Position numbers and translations under genes: made by a program. DNA of 64,000 nucleotides from Mobula hypostoma. Taxonomy: Eukaryota. This document shows, piece by piece, positions 1 to 12,400 of this stretch (position 1 is the stretch's first letter; each line of letters starts with the position of its first letter). A model generated the notes under the pieces. The model ran no database searches and was not told where the DNA came from. It worked only from the letters and a program-made list of their open reading frames with translations. The stretch is from contig NC_086101.1 of assembly GCF_963921235.1 (NCBI RefSeq), positions 10,232,001 through 10,296,000 of the forward strand, written 5' to 3'.

Positions 1-1988
1 TGGAAAGGATGGTAGGGTACAAAGGCTGTTGTAAGTCCAGTCAAGAAGAAAAGAAGAGCTTACAAAAGATTCAACAAAACTAGGTAATGACAGGAATCTG
101 GAAGATTATAAGGCTAGCAGCAAGGAGCTTAACAATGAAATTAGGAGAGCCAGAAGGGGCCATGAGAAGGTCCTGGTGGACAGAATTAAGGAAAACCCCA
201 AGGCAGCCTACAAGTATGTGAAAAGCAAGTGGGTAAGACATGAGAGAATAGGACCAATCAAGTGTGACAGTGGAAAAGTGTGTCTGGAACCGGTGGTACT
301 TAATGAGTACTTTGCTTCAGTATTCACTGCGGAAAAGGATCTTGGCGATTGTAGGGATGACTTACAGCAGACTGAAAAGCTTGAACATGTAGACATTAAG
401 AAAGAGGATGTGCTGGAGCTTTTAGAAAGCATCAAATTGGATAACTCACTGGGACCGGACAGGATGTACCCCAGGCTACTGTGGGAAGCAAGGGAGGAAA
501 TTGCTGAACCTCTGGCAATGATCTTTGCATCATGAATGAGGACGGGAGAGGTTCTGGAGGATTTGAGGGTTGCGAATGTAGTTCCCTTATTCATGGAAAG
601 GAGAAGAGATAGCTCAGGAAATTATAGACTAGTGAGTCTTACTTCAGTGGTTGGTAAATTGATGAAGAAGATCCTGAGAGGCAGGATTTATGACCATTTG
701 GAGAGACATAATATGGTTAGGAATAGTCAGCATGGATTTGTCAAAGGCAAGTCGTGCCTAACAAGCCTGACTGAATTTTTTGAGGTTGTGACTAAACACA
801 TTGATGAAGGTAGAGCAGTAGATATAATGTATATGAATTTTAGCAAGGCATTTAATAAAGTACCCCATGCCAGCCTTATTGAAAAAGTAAGGAGGCATGG
901 GATCCAAGGGGACATTGCTTTGTGGATCCAGAACTGGCTTGCCCACGGAAGTTAATGAGTGATTGTTGATGGGTCATATTCTGAATGGAGGCCACTGACT
1001 AGTTGTGTGCCTCAGGGATCTGTTCTGGGACCCCTTCTCTTTGAGATTTTCATAAATGAGCTGGATGAGGAAGTGGAGGGATGAGTTAGTAAATTTGCTG
1101 ATGACACAAAGGTTGGGGGTGTTGTCGATAGTGTGGAGGGTTGTCAGAGGTTACAATGGGACATTGATAGGATGCAAAACTGGGCTGAGAAGTGGCAGAT
1201 GGAGTTCAACCCAGATAAGTGTGAGGTGGTTCCTTTTGGTAGGTCAAATATGATGGCAGAATATAGCATTAATGGTCACACTCTTGGCGGTGTGGAGGAT
1301 CAGAGGGATTTTGGGGTCCGAGTCCATAGGACACTCAAAGCTGCTACTCAGGTTGACTCTGTGGCAAAGAAGGCATATGATGTATTGGCCTTCATCAATT
1401 GTGGGATTGAGTTTCAGAGCTGAGAGGTAATGTTGTAGCTACAGTATATAGGGCCCTGATCAGACCGCACTTGGAGTACTGTGCTTAATTCTGGTTGCCT
1501 CACTACAAGAAGGATGTGGAAACCATAGAATGGGTGCAAGGAGATTTACAAGGATGTTGCCTGGATGTGGGAACATGCGTTATGAGAATTGGTTGAGTGA
1601 AGTTGGCCTTTTCTCCTTGGAGCGACGGAGGATGAGAGGTGACTTGATAGAGGTGTAGAAGATAATGAGAGGCATTGATCGCGTGGATAGTCAGAGGCTT
1701 TTTCCCAGGGCTGAAATGGCTAGCACGAGAGGGCATAGTTTTAAAGTGCTTGGAAGTAGGTACAGAGATGTCAGGGGTAAGTTTTTTACACAGAGAGTGG
1801 TGAGTGCATGGAATGGGCTGCTGGTAGTGGTGGTGGAGGTGGAAATCTTAGGGTGTTTTAAAAAACTCCTGGATGGCTACATGGAGCTTAGAAAAATAGA
1901 GGGCTGTGGGTGAAGCCTAGGTAGGGACAGCTTTGTGGGCTGAAGGGCCTGTATTGTGCTGTAGGTTTTCTATGTTTCTGTGTTTCTA
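1..1988 (+). mobile_element. CR1 LINE, decayed ORF2 (RT) 3' part with 3' tail
   Basis: Broken ORFs carry CR1 RT motifs ([44 protein letters not shown]). Ends in a (TTTCTATG)-type tail near 1966-1988. Confidence 0.93.
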
Positions 1989-1989
1989 G

Positions 1990-2150
1990 ATTTAACCTAT
2001 CAACCAACCCATCTTCGGGATGTGGGAGGACACTGGAGCTCCCAGGAGAAACCCATCAGTCTCAGACTGTGCAACTCCCAACAGACAGTCCCAGACTGAG
2101 GTCAGGATGGAACCAGTGTCATTGATTGAAGTAAAGAAGCAGCACCATTA
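1990..2150 (-). mobile_element. tRNA-derived V-SINE (HE1-like), degenerate
   Basis: 'gggatgtgggaggga...ggagctcccaggagaaaccca...acagacag...gtcaggatggaacc' resembles the antisense of the V-SINE central domain and B box. Confidence 0.6.
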
Positions 2151-3414
2151 CTCTTTATAATCTGAAAGTTGCAAGCAATTGTCTCTCAGGACTCACAGTC
2201 CTGTTAGTCACAGTCACTCTGTGGGAAGCATTTCCGGACATTTTGAGTGGACACAAATTGTGACCAGCAGACATTGTTTGTCCGCAGGCAGTTCCACACA
2301 TGGAGGGGCTTTGGAGAGGTGGATTTTCAGCAGCTTGACAAAACACTCACTCTCAAATTCTCCATCTTGGTCTAGTCATGGCCAAGAGCTGGTCTGAAAT
2401 ATGAGGGTGATACTCAGTAACTGTTACCTCAACCACAGAGTGTCATAATCCAGAACCCCACTGGATACAGTCCTGATCTGTAAATTGCTGATCCTACCTA
2501 TCAGAAAGTCATTGCGTAGTTTATTGGGCTTCCCTATTGAGGCTAAATCTTAGCTTTTTGCGAGGACATGATTCCATATTGTTTCTTTGGAAAATTTGTT
2601 TCTTGATGGCCTTACCAATACGTCTCTGAACTGTAGTGTTCCAGTCACTTGTAAAACTTAGTGCTTTTCTGTATTGCAGGATACCAATTCTATCTGGCCT
2701 CTGGTCACGTTGAACCCTGAAATGGTTGCATGAAGGTTGACATCTAATAATTCAACAAACTCTAGACTGACCTGAGTTCAGCTGCATCAGCTGAAGGTGG
2801 TACTTTGATAATTGCATCGACTTTGCTCTGAGGCCTTGAACTCCAGCATCAGTTTGACAGGCCATGTAATGCTTTAATATTTGTGGAAATTGGCATTTTG
2901 CATGCTGACGCTGATTCCATTAAGGCTACAGTCTGACCATCACTACTCCTGGTAGCTCCATACTGAAACCAGGATTTCACAGATAAAGGAAAGAACATAA
3001 TCAGCTGATCCAAAATCTCATCTGTTGTACAGTGCCTAAATTCTGGTGCTGTTTAACATCCACACGCCCTTTGTGTGTGTTAATTGTGAGAAATGCCAGT
3101 CACTGGATTCAGGACAATCAGCTGTTTAGTAAGGATAAATTCATCTTACTGAATCTATTTGCCCATCAAGGTTGCATTAAAATTGAGTTATGTGTACTGT
3201 ATGAACTTTCATGTAGCAATTTAGTCCCACAGCATCACTGTTTCACCCCACTTTGAAGTGACTGGAAATGGGAGCGGCCCAATCACAGCTCAGCTAGGGA
3301 GGAAATACCATGTCTCTTCAGACAGCCCAGTTCATGCACAACTGCTTCTTTTGAGATCTGGAGAAGAGTTTGGGTCTTGTGGAAGGTGTGAATAGCTTGT
3401 ACTTTCACATGGAT

Positions 3415-3417
<3 letters not shown>

Positions 3418-3459
<42 letters not shown>
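3418..3459. repeat. (TG)21 microsatellite
   Basis: Perfect TG run read directly. Confidence 0.98.
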
Positions 3460-3460
<1 letters not shown>

Positions 3461-4082
3461 TCAAATGCCCTCCTCCCTTTCTAAGCTGAATATCCTTTCT
3501 GAGTTTAACGTCAACCCAGTTTAATACCCTGACCCACTGGCTTCTGTGTTTTCAAACTCCCAGATTACCTCAATGATGCTGCTCTGTGAATCTAGGCACA
3601 GCCCCTCATCATTATCATACAGGTACTCCTCATTCATATCAGCCGTCGGGAGCTTAACACCGGTATTTCTCTCCCTTTTGACAGTATTAACTTTTTTTTT
3701 ACTAATAGTTCTGACAACAACCCTGGTCTGCACCCTATCACAGGCATTATACCTTCTCTCCACTGTACAGGAATTTGCAACTTAAAGCAAACTTGTCTTC
3801 TTATTTTTCCCATTCTGTTGAAAGGTCCTTGGCCCACAATATTGACTCTTTTTCTTTGCAAATGTTGCCTGGCCTGCTGAATTCTTCAGAAATTTGGTCT
3901 ACACCACAATATCTTTCACTTGTATATAATTTTCCACTTCTGAACAACAGTAAGTTGTTGAAATGAACCAATTTTGTCAAAGCGCAAACACAAGGAAATC
4001 TGCAGATGCTGGAATTTCAAGAAACACTCATAAAAGTAGCTGGTGAACGCAGCAGGCCAGGCAGCATCTCTAGGAAGAGGTA

Positions 4083-4120
4083 CATTCGACGTTTCGGGCC
4101 GAAACCCTTCGTCAGGTCTA
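4083..4120 (-). ncRNA. Minimal type I hammerhead ribozyme motif (PLE pLTR), core intact, stem I mismatched
   Basis: Minus strand reads UAGAC-CUGACGA-A-GGGUUUCGGCCC-GAAA-CGUC-GAAUG. Confidence 0.75.
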
Positions 4121-5317
4121 ACTGAAAGAAGAGCTAGTAGGAGATTTGAAAGTGGGAGGGGGAGGGGGAGGGGGAGATCTGAAATGATAGGAGAAGACAG
4201 GAGGAGGAGGGATGGAGCCAAGAGCTGGACAGTTGCTTGGCAAAAGGGATATGAGAGGATCATGGGACAGGAGGCCCAGGGAGAAGGAGAAGGGAAAGGG
4301 GGGGAAAGCCCAGAGGATGGGCAAGGAGTATAGTGAGAGGGACAGAGGGAGAAAAAGGAGAGAGAGAAAAACAATGTGTGTATATAAATAAATAACGGAT
4401 GGGGTACGAAGGGGAGGTGGGGCATTAGCGGGATGGGGGTACGAATGGACAAGGGAGTCACGTAGGGAGTGATCCTTGCGGAAAGCAGAGAGGTGGGGAG
4501 GGAAAGATGTGCTTAGTGGTGGGATCCCGTTGGAGGTGGCGGAAGTTATGGAGAATTATATGTTGGACCCGGAGGCTGGTGGGGTAGTAGGTGAGGCCAA
4601 GGGGAACCCTTTTCCTAGTGGGGTGGTGGGAGATGTACTCCCTTGTCCATTTGTCCACCCCCCATCCCTCCCCACCGATCTCCCTCCTGGCACATGCCCT
4701 TACACTTCCTCCCTCACTACCATTTAGGGCCCCAGACAGTCTTTCCAGGTGGCCTTCTATATATTGGCGAGACCCGACGCAGACTGGGAGATCATTTCGC
4801 TGAACACCTACTCTCTGTCCACCAGAGAAAGCAGGATCTCCCAGTAGCCACATATTTTAATTCCACGTCCCATTCCCATTCTGATATGTCTATCCATGGC
4901 CTCCTCTACTGTAAAGATGAAACCACACTCAGGTTGGAGGAACAACACCTTATATTCCATCTGGGTAGCCTCCAACCTGATGGCATGAACATTGACTTCT
5001 CAAACTTCCGCTAATGCCCCACCTCCCCCTCGTACCCATCGTGAATTTATTTATGTACAGATATTCTTTTTCTCTCTCTACTTTTTCTCCCTCTGTCCCT
5101 CTCACTATACTCCTTGCCCATCCTCTGGGCTTTCCCCCCCTCTCCCTTTTCTTTCTCCCTGGGCCTCCTGTCCCATGATCCTCTCATATCCCCTTTGCCA
5201 ATCACCTGTCCAGCTCTTGGATCCATCCCTCCCCCTCCTGTCTTCTCCTATCATTTTGGATCTCCCCCTCCCCCTCCCCCTCCCACTTTCAAATCTCTTA
5301 CTAGCTCTTCTTTCAGT

Positions 5318-5355
5318 TAGTCCTGACGAAGGGTCTCGGCCCAAAACGTCGACTG
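5318..5355 (+). ncRNA. Minimal type I hammerhead ribozyme motif, G12 mutated to A
   Basis: UAGUC-CUGACGA-A-GGGUCUCGGCCC-AAAA-CGUC-GACUG. Stem I (UAGUC/GACUG) pairs, but the GAAA box reads AAAA. Confidence 0.7.
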
Positions 5356-5759
5356 TACCTCTTCCTAGAGATGCTGCCTGGCCTGCTGCATTCACTAGCA
5401 ACTTTTATGTATTTTGTCAAAGTTCTCTTTTGTTTCCACAATTTTACCCTTTATTCTTTGCCATGTATTAAAAGCCCAGAGAGCACTTAACTCTTCTGGA
5501 GTTGATCAATACTTGGCCATTTGCTTAAACTTTGGGGGAATTTCTCCTTGTGCATTTTTTATGGAAAGCAAGAAATAAGACAAAATACATTAAGTTCAGT
5601 TTTTGACAGTGGAAGTGTTGATTGTACTCTGCCACTGTTTACAGCCAGGTTTTTCAGTTGCTCGATCACTTGCAGCCCTTTGAGAGAAATCTTGCTGCAT
5701 ATGTTGGCCATGACAAACTTTGTGGTTCTTATAGTATTATTGGTTCAGAGTTTAAATGA

Positions 5760-6035
5760 CCAAGTTGTGATCCTGACCTCAGACCTTGTTTGTGGAATTT
5801 ACACATTTTCTCTGTGACTGCGCAGGATTGCCCTGCATGCTTAGTTTCCTCACGGATCCCACAAACTCTCAGAGTGGTAGGCTAATTGGTTGCTGTAAAT
5901 ACTGTAATGACCAGAGGAACATTTGGGGAGTTGATGTGAATGTGAGGAGAATTAAATGAATTAGGGCAGGATTAATGTCAGTAGGTGATTGGTGTTAACA
6001 CAAATTTTGTGACTAACTGGCCTGTTTCCATCCTG
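5760..6035 (+). mobile_element. V-SINE (HE1-like), degenerate
   Basis: 'gatcctgacctcag...ttctctgtgactgcg...agtttcctc...atccca...ggtaggctaattggt...tgtaaat' central domain, with a CR1-like 3' end 'ggcctgtttcc'. Confidence 0.6.
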
Positions 6036-6698
6036 TTCCTTCCATTTTGTTAATCTATCAGAGTCAACAAAATGTACTAGTTATCAAAGGATCTAGTGCT
6101 TTTGTGGCTTAAATGATGAATAAACTCTCCACACATGAGGAAACAGGAATCCCAAAACTTCCTGGCAGCATTTCAGCAACATTTCCCAGCTACAATTCCC
6201 ATTGGACTTGCCAGCGATGGTCAGAGTGTTGTTGAATCTTCAGGATCAACTGGTTTAAACATTTTTACTAATATGACATTGTGTTGATTGTACATTTACA
6301 TTACTGAGCATTATACTATTCTGGAGTATGTAAATATATTCTACTAATCTAATTATCGAAACCGTCACAATAATTTCACTATTTTAATACAAGTTTGTTG
6401 GTTAGAAATGTTCCCTACATTTCGAAAATGAGCTGGGGGCTCCATGCTGAACCTGGTGCTCCTTTGCCCAGTAACTTGTTCCCACCTTGTGTGGAGAGGC
6501 CAAGGACACTTTTTCTCAGGTTACTGGGAGTGGGGTTGATGAACATTGGTGTTGAGGACAGTGGGGGGGGGGGGATGCTCACAACTTCCGTCAAATGACA
6601 GGACTAACATCTCTCTCTCTCTCTCTCTCCCCCCACTCCAGCTCTCCACAATCCCCCTCCCCCTCCCAGCTTGTCAGCCTCTCGACTCTTCTGCTGAG

Positions 6699-6756
6699 AT
6701 GAGAGTGATTCACTGCACTCTGCTGTTACTGAACGGGATTGTCATCTCACTCCAGG
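6699..6756 (+). CDS. Butyrophilin-like gene, signal-peptide exon (coding part)
   Basis: Encodes MRVIHCTLLLLNGIVISLQ(G) followed by phase-1 donor G|GTAATT at 6757. Upstream are ACTAAC (6603), a polypyrimidine tract and CAG acceptors (6641 or 6669). Splices in frame to the IgV exon. Confidence 0.75.
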
Positions 6757-7134
6757 GTAATTATCACAAAATCTTGTTTACGTTTCTTTATCTCACAGAG
6801 TAGACACATGGAATCAGAAGATAAAGCATTTTATATTTAGTAACTTATGAAATTGTTCACACTTCTTAATTGCAATGAATGAATGTCCCATTCCTATCCT
6901 TGAAAGTGAGACTGTATATGTCTGTAATCACAAAAAAGTTTTCAAGTGCCGTTTATTTGGTTGAAAACTCTAAATTGCTGACTTTTATATCTATTAGTTG
7001 GTGAAATAGATGAAATGTATGAGAGCATTGTGTATCTAATCAAACTCCCACAATCACTTCAGCTACAACTCCCATGTAACACACGGGAAAACTAATAAAC
7101 ATGTAGACACATGCACACATGCGCAGACACAGAC

Positions 7135-7943
7135 ACACAATTCTGCGGATGCTGAAAATCCAGAGTAACTCAGCAAATGCTGGAGGAATTCTGACAGGTC
7201 AGGCTGCATCTATGGAGAAGAATTAGATTATGAGAACACTCAGTCCTCTTTTATTGTCATTTAGAAATGCATACACGCATTAAGAAATGATACAATGTTC
7301 CTCCAGAGTGATATCACAAAAAAAAGGACAAACCAAAGACTAACACTGACAGAACCACATAATTATAACATATAGTTATAGCAGTGCAAAACAATACCAT
7401 AATTTGATGAAGAACAAACCATGGGCACAGTAAAAAAATGTCTCGAAGTCTCGAGTTGATCGACTCCCGAGTCCCCGATAGCAGGCGGCAAAAGGGAGAA
7501 ACTCCCTGCCGTAAACCTCCAGGCACCGTCAACTTGCCGATGCCTTGGAAGTAGCCGACCACAGCCGACACTGAGACCATCCGTCCGAAAACTTTGAGCT
7601 TCCGACCAGCCCCTCCGATACAGCCTCCTGAGCGCCATCCCCTGCCGAGTGCCTTCAATCTCTCCCCGGCCGCTGAAACATGCAAAGCCGAGGATTTCGG
7701 GGCCTTCAGCTCCGGAGATTCCGGTTACCACACAGTAGCAGCGGCAGCAAAGCAGGCATTTCAGAAGTTTTCCCGATGTTCCGCTGTGATCTCACGTCTG
7801 TCTCCATCAAATCAGGATTGTGCACGGTCCCCTACTTGACAGATAACAGATATACATCACCGAAGTGGCTGCGCGCGCTGCCGTCGCGCCGCCATCTTCA
7901 AGTAGAAGTGACTGTTTCGGGTTGAGACCCTTCATCAGGACTC
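7135..7943 (-). mobile_element. Short PLE pLTR fragment (7135-7222 and 7900-7943) split by a later insertion
   Basis: 'ctgcggatgctgaaaatcc...aaatgctggagga...caggctgcatctatgg' resumes after the insert as 'gactgtttcgggttgagacccttcatcaggact', the antisense of a hammerhead. Confidence 0.7.
7223..7899 (-). mobile_element. Short non-coding (non-autonomous) retroelement
   Basis: Minus strand starts GAAGATGGCGGCGCG (GC/CpG-rich 5' end) and ends AATAAAAGAGGACTG...CATAATCTA. It interrupts a PLE fragment and has no credible ORF. Confidence 0.55.
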
Positions 7944-8424
7944 TGTTGGTCCTGGATTCCTTCGATTCCTTGCTGGGCCTTTCCCTTTTTCCAGCATTGC
8001 ATTTGGTGGATCAGACACACCCTGTATAGGAATCCCTTCCCCAGCAGTGTCTGAATGGCGGAACACCCTCCCCAGCAACACTGGGAGACATTCACCAGAA
8101 GTAACGGAGCAGTTCAAGGAAGCAAAACATCAGCACATCCTCAAGAATAATTGATGTACCAATCTTGTAAATTGAGGAAGCAAAGAGCGGCCTAGTCATC
8201 ATTAGGCTCTGTGCCAAATTCATGGTGTATAAATGATATGATATGTGTAAAGGAATGTCAAACAGGCCGTGAATAGCAAGTCAGGAACATCTTGTTCAAA
8301 TGCCCTTTAGTGTAAAATCTGCAGATTTAGGGTTCTTTGCACCCGAAAGTCGACCTTCCATCCAAAAGCTTTTCCTCAGTGCACTCTGCCTTTAGAGAAC
8401 ATTGCAGGTTTTCGCAAATAAAAA

Positions 8425-9285
8425 TGGTGAAGGCATTTTATGTTTAAGAAAAGCCATAACCACTCCTTTATTGTACTCCAAGCCCTGAACACAATGCATG
8501 GTTAGAAACTTAATGTAATTAAGTCAGACCAGCATTTAATGTGAAGCTCTAACTCAATGTCTGTGGTTGTTAATGATATATATTTCCACTAATTATATTA
8601 CCATACAACCCCCCATAATTCACTAAAACCGGCATTGTGAACCTGTCCTGAGTTTGGACGAGCTGCCCAGCTCAGATTCTGTGTTCCATGGGAGGAGGGA
8701 CAGCAGGTGCCTCGGCTCCTCCAGAGGAGTGTTGACACACTCACGGTCATGTTGTGACACTAGGTGCCTGGTAGTGGAATCCTCCAAATCCTGGTGGGTC
8801 GGTGTAAGGCAATCTACCGAAATATGTTCAGGTTTACCCCTCTTATCTGTGATAAATGCCTTTTCTCCTCATTCCCAAAACGTGGAACGGGCCATCGTTA
8901 AGGGGCCTAAGGGGATGTTGGTGTGCATCATGTTGGACAAACTCAAATGAGGCATAATGTAGGTCAACAAGAATCCAAGTGTGCTGTGCACCATGATGGG
9001 AGGTAGGAATAGGCGAAAAGGAATTGAATTTACTGAGGAGGGTGGAACACTGTTGAATGGCCGACAAGGCAGTTGTGGTGTCAGGAATGAATTCACTTGG
9101 GTCACGTAATGGCTGCCCTTATAGCAACAGCCATGGATGACTGCAGGTCCTCTTGGAGCTGTTCTGAGCCCCAGGAGGACCCGCGGGAGATGACCATGCC
9201 AACACCCATAGGTCAGGGAAGCCCTCAGAGCAGCCTTTCAGGAGTGGTGAAACCACTCACATAGGCCATTGGACTGTGGGGGATC
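8425..9285 (-). mobile_element. Gypsy (CsRn1-like) remnant: integrase C-terminus, PPT and probable 3' LTR
   Basis: Minus strand gives PQSNGLCEWFHHS*KAALRASL...LLGLRTAP and HDAHQHPLRPLNDGPFHVL. A G6 tract (8609-8614) precedes TGTATGG (LTR start ~8607). The far LTR end is uncertain. Confidence 0.75.
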
Positions 9286-9401
9286 TGCTGCATTCCAGAG
9301 TGTGCTGGTACCTTGTCATCAGGAACATGCATCTGCCTAATTCTGCTATATATCTCCAAACAATTGATCACAGAGGAAAATTGTCACACAGATATTTAGA
9401 G

Positions 9402-12400
9402 CAGCCTTTCTCAAACTTTGCCCTGGAAGAACCATTGAAATAATTTTTAGGGCCCAGGGAGCCCCTGCATAAAAATTTTATCTGCAGCTCACAGTATGTT
9501 GGTGTGATCAGTACGTTGTAGATATAATAATCCAGACTCCGCCTTCCGCCTGTGGACATGTAAGACACAGTGTCTTTCTGTCTGCCTTTAATTTCTCCCT
9601 TTCCTGACTTAAACTTTGAAATTTTAACTTTATTCAGTCAGATCTTTCAAAGTGATAATTATAGTTATGGCTACCTTGAGAAGCACTAAAAGGAATCCCG
9701 ATGCAGGTAATGGTAAGCCTAAAAAAACTGACAAAGCTCCTGAACAGCCAGCCTGGGTTAATACTTTGTAGACTAGAGATTCAAATGAGCTCTATTGTTG
9801 CTGAACTAAATCAACTAAAGGAAAATCTTCTCCCTTTGGAGGAAAAAATTGATTCTTTGAGCTTGGATCTTAAAGAAGTAACTCGCAATCAGGCTGATAT
9901 TTCTTCTCGTCTGGAAAAGGCGCAACGACGAATTGTTGATTTGGAATCTCATTCTGGTCGGAACAATATTCGAATTGTTGGATTGAAAGAGAAATCAGAA
10001 TCTGCTGACATATTGGACTATTTTCCGAAAATGTTTCAATCTCTATTTCCTGAGGCATTTTCACAACTGCCCGATATTGTAATGGCTCATAGGGTTGGAA
10101 TTTCGAGACAAGTAAAAACAGATATGTTATCGTGCATTTCCTTCGCATTCGAGACAAAGACCATATTATTAAACGGGCAAGAAAACAAAGACTGTTTAAA
10201 TTTCAAGGCTCTGAGATTCATTTCTTTCAAGATTTTCCACGTGAAATTGTTCAGAAATGTTCTGGATTCGCGGCCGCAATGCGAACAGCCTTTCAAAAAC
10301 AGATGCATCCCTTCCTTCTGTATCCGGCTAAATTAAGGCTTTCCGCTAAAGACTCTGGGGTGTGTGTCTTTGAGGAACCAGCTGATGCATTGTGTTTTAT
10401 TAATTCTCTCCCGGATGAGTCTGAAGCCTGAAGTTTAAAAGACTTACAATTATTCGATCATTTCGTGATATAAGGAATGATGAGATTGGAAGAATTGAGA
10501 AGTACAGGAAGTCTTGGTATTAAAAAGTACCTTTATCTTTGAAATAGACTGGTTTGGAAAGTTTTAATTTTAGAAGCTATCTTATGGGATCTGTTGGAAG
10601 CCTGTAGAAATTTTAAACCATTTAGAATTTCTTTCTGTTTTCTACTTCTATGAATTAATTGTTTTTTTTTTGCTTTGTAGGTTTTTGTTAAGAACTTTTA
10701 ACTCACTATTCAGGTTTTTTTTACGTTTTATAGATGGATGTAATAAATTAAAGATGGTGATGTTTTCTCTTTGCAGATATTTCAAGAATTTGTTTTGGAT
10801 GTGTTTGTTTTGGAGGATATTATATCTGATACTGTATTAATGGTAGATTTTTAATTGTTAAAGGAACAAGTTACAATAAGAAAATGGTTTTGGTTAATAT
10901 ATATGATCAAATGCTGATGATCCTTCATTTTTTAAAGATATTTTTGTTCTATTACCTGATTTAAATGAATATATGTTATTAATGGGTGGAGATTTTAATA
11001 CTTTCTTAAATCCCCTATTAGATAAATCATCATCTAGACATCAGCTCCCTAATCACTCTGCATCACTTATTAATTCCTTTTAAATTGATTATGGTTTAAT
11101 TGAAGTCTGGAGACATATGTATCCTACTGATAGAGAATATTCCTTTTTTTCATATGTTCATAATAAATATTCGAGAATGTACCATTTTATAGCCAACCCT
11201 CGACTTTTATTTAATGTTCAGAAATGTGAATATGATGCAATTGTTATTTCTGATCATGCTCCTTTAAATTTAATATTTGATTTGAAAGCTGTTGTTTCTA
11301 CAAGACCACCTTGGCGTTTTCCAGAACATTTGTTACAAAGTTCAGATTTTGTTGAATTTATTGAAACTCAAATAAATGAGTTTTCTCTTTAACAATACAG
11401 GAAACATCTCAAAGTTAGTAACTTGGTATATGTTGAAAGCTTATTTACGTGGTCAGATTATTTCTTATTTAGCTAAGTTAAAGAAACAGACAAGAATGGA
11501 ATTAGATAAAATTGCTAAACAAATTAAAGAATTAGATAATATCAATGCAATCTTTCCAAATATTGATTTGTTTACAAGAACAGTGGAATTACAATTGCAA
11601 TATAATGTATTATTAACTTATCCTATTGAAGGACATTTGCTTAAATTAAAAAGACAGTTTTATATTTTGGGGGATAAAAATAATAGGCTTTTAGCTTCCC
11701 AATTAAGGGCTGCTAAAGCTAAAAGACAAATTTTAAAGATTCATAAAGATAATGGAGATGTAGTAAGTAATTATGAAGACATTTATAATATTTTTCAGGA
11801 TTTTTATTCCGATCTTTATAAATCTCAGTTTCCTGCAGATCCCTCCAAAATGAAGGCTTTTTTATATAAGATTAAATTTCCTCAAATTACTGCTGAAGAT
11901 CAACAGACCCTTGATGCTCCAATTGTTGAGCATGAAATTCAGAAAGCTATATGGTCAATGCAATCAGGTAAAGCTCCTGGACTCGATGGTTATTCAGTAG
12001 GATTTTACAAAAAAATTGAAAAATTAATTTCTCCCTACCTTTTGGAAATATTTCATGAATCTTTTGAGAAAGGTAATTTACCTACTTCATTTTATGAAGC
12101 TTCTGTTTCCTTAATCCAAGAAAGATAAAGATCCTACTGAATGCTCATCTTATAGACCTATTTCGCTATTAAATGTAGATGCTAAAATTCTTTCTAAGAT
12201 AATGACTAACTGTTTGGAAAAGATTTTATCTCAAACTATGTCTATGGATCAAACAGGCTTCATTAGAGGCCGTTATTCTTTTTCTAATGTTTGGAGATTG
12301 AGGAACATTATATATTCACCATTATCCAAAACAGCCCAAAGTATTATTTCTCTGGATGCAGGAAAGGCATTTGATAGAGTTGAATGGACTTATTTGTTTA

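Larger units (their letters stand above)
3983..5410. mobile_element. Penelope-like element with inverted pseudo-LTRs and GIY-YIG endonuclease fragment
   Basis: About 400-bp inverted arms (~4030-4430 vs ~5010-5410). 12-bp TSD ATTTTGTCAAAG at 3971-3982 and 5411-5422. The + frame 4751-5014 reads LLYIGETRRRLGDHFAEH...GMNIDFSNFR. The - strand ~4450-4640 reads RVPLGLTYYPTSLRVQHIILHNF (PLE linker). Confidence 0.9.

Noticed and set aside
3546..3785. Hydrophobic ORF resembling a transmembrane exon
   Set aside because: It lies upstream of the signal exon, has no convincing splice sites and abuts a decayed PLE end; T-rich sequence explains the hydrophobicity.
3810..3850. Possible additional hammerhead (CTGTTGAAAGGTCCTTGGCCCACAATATTGACT)
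   Set aside because: Homologous position in an old pLTR, but both catalytic boxes are destroyed.
3916..5471. Pro/Leu- and Gly/Arg-rich ORFs of 68-181 aa on both strands
   Set aside because: Translations of the low-complexity inverted pLTR arms.
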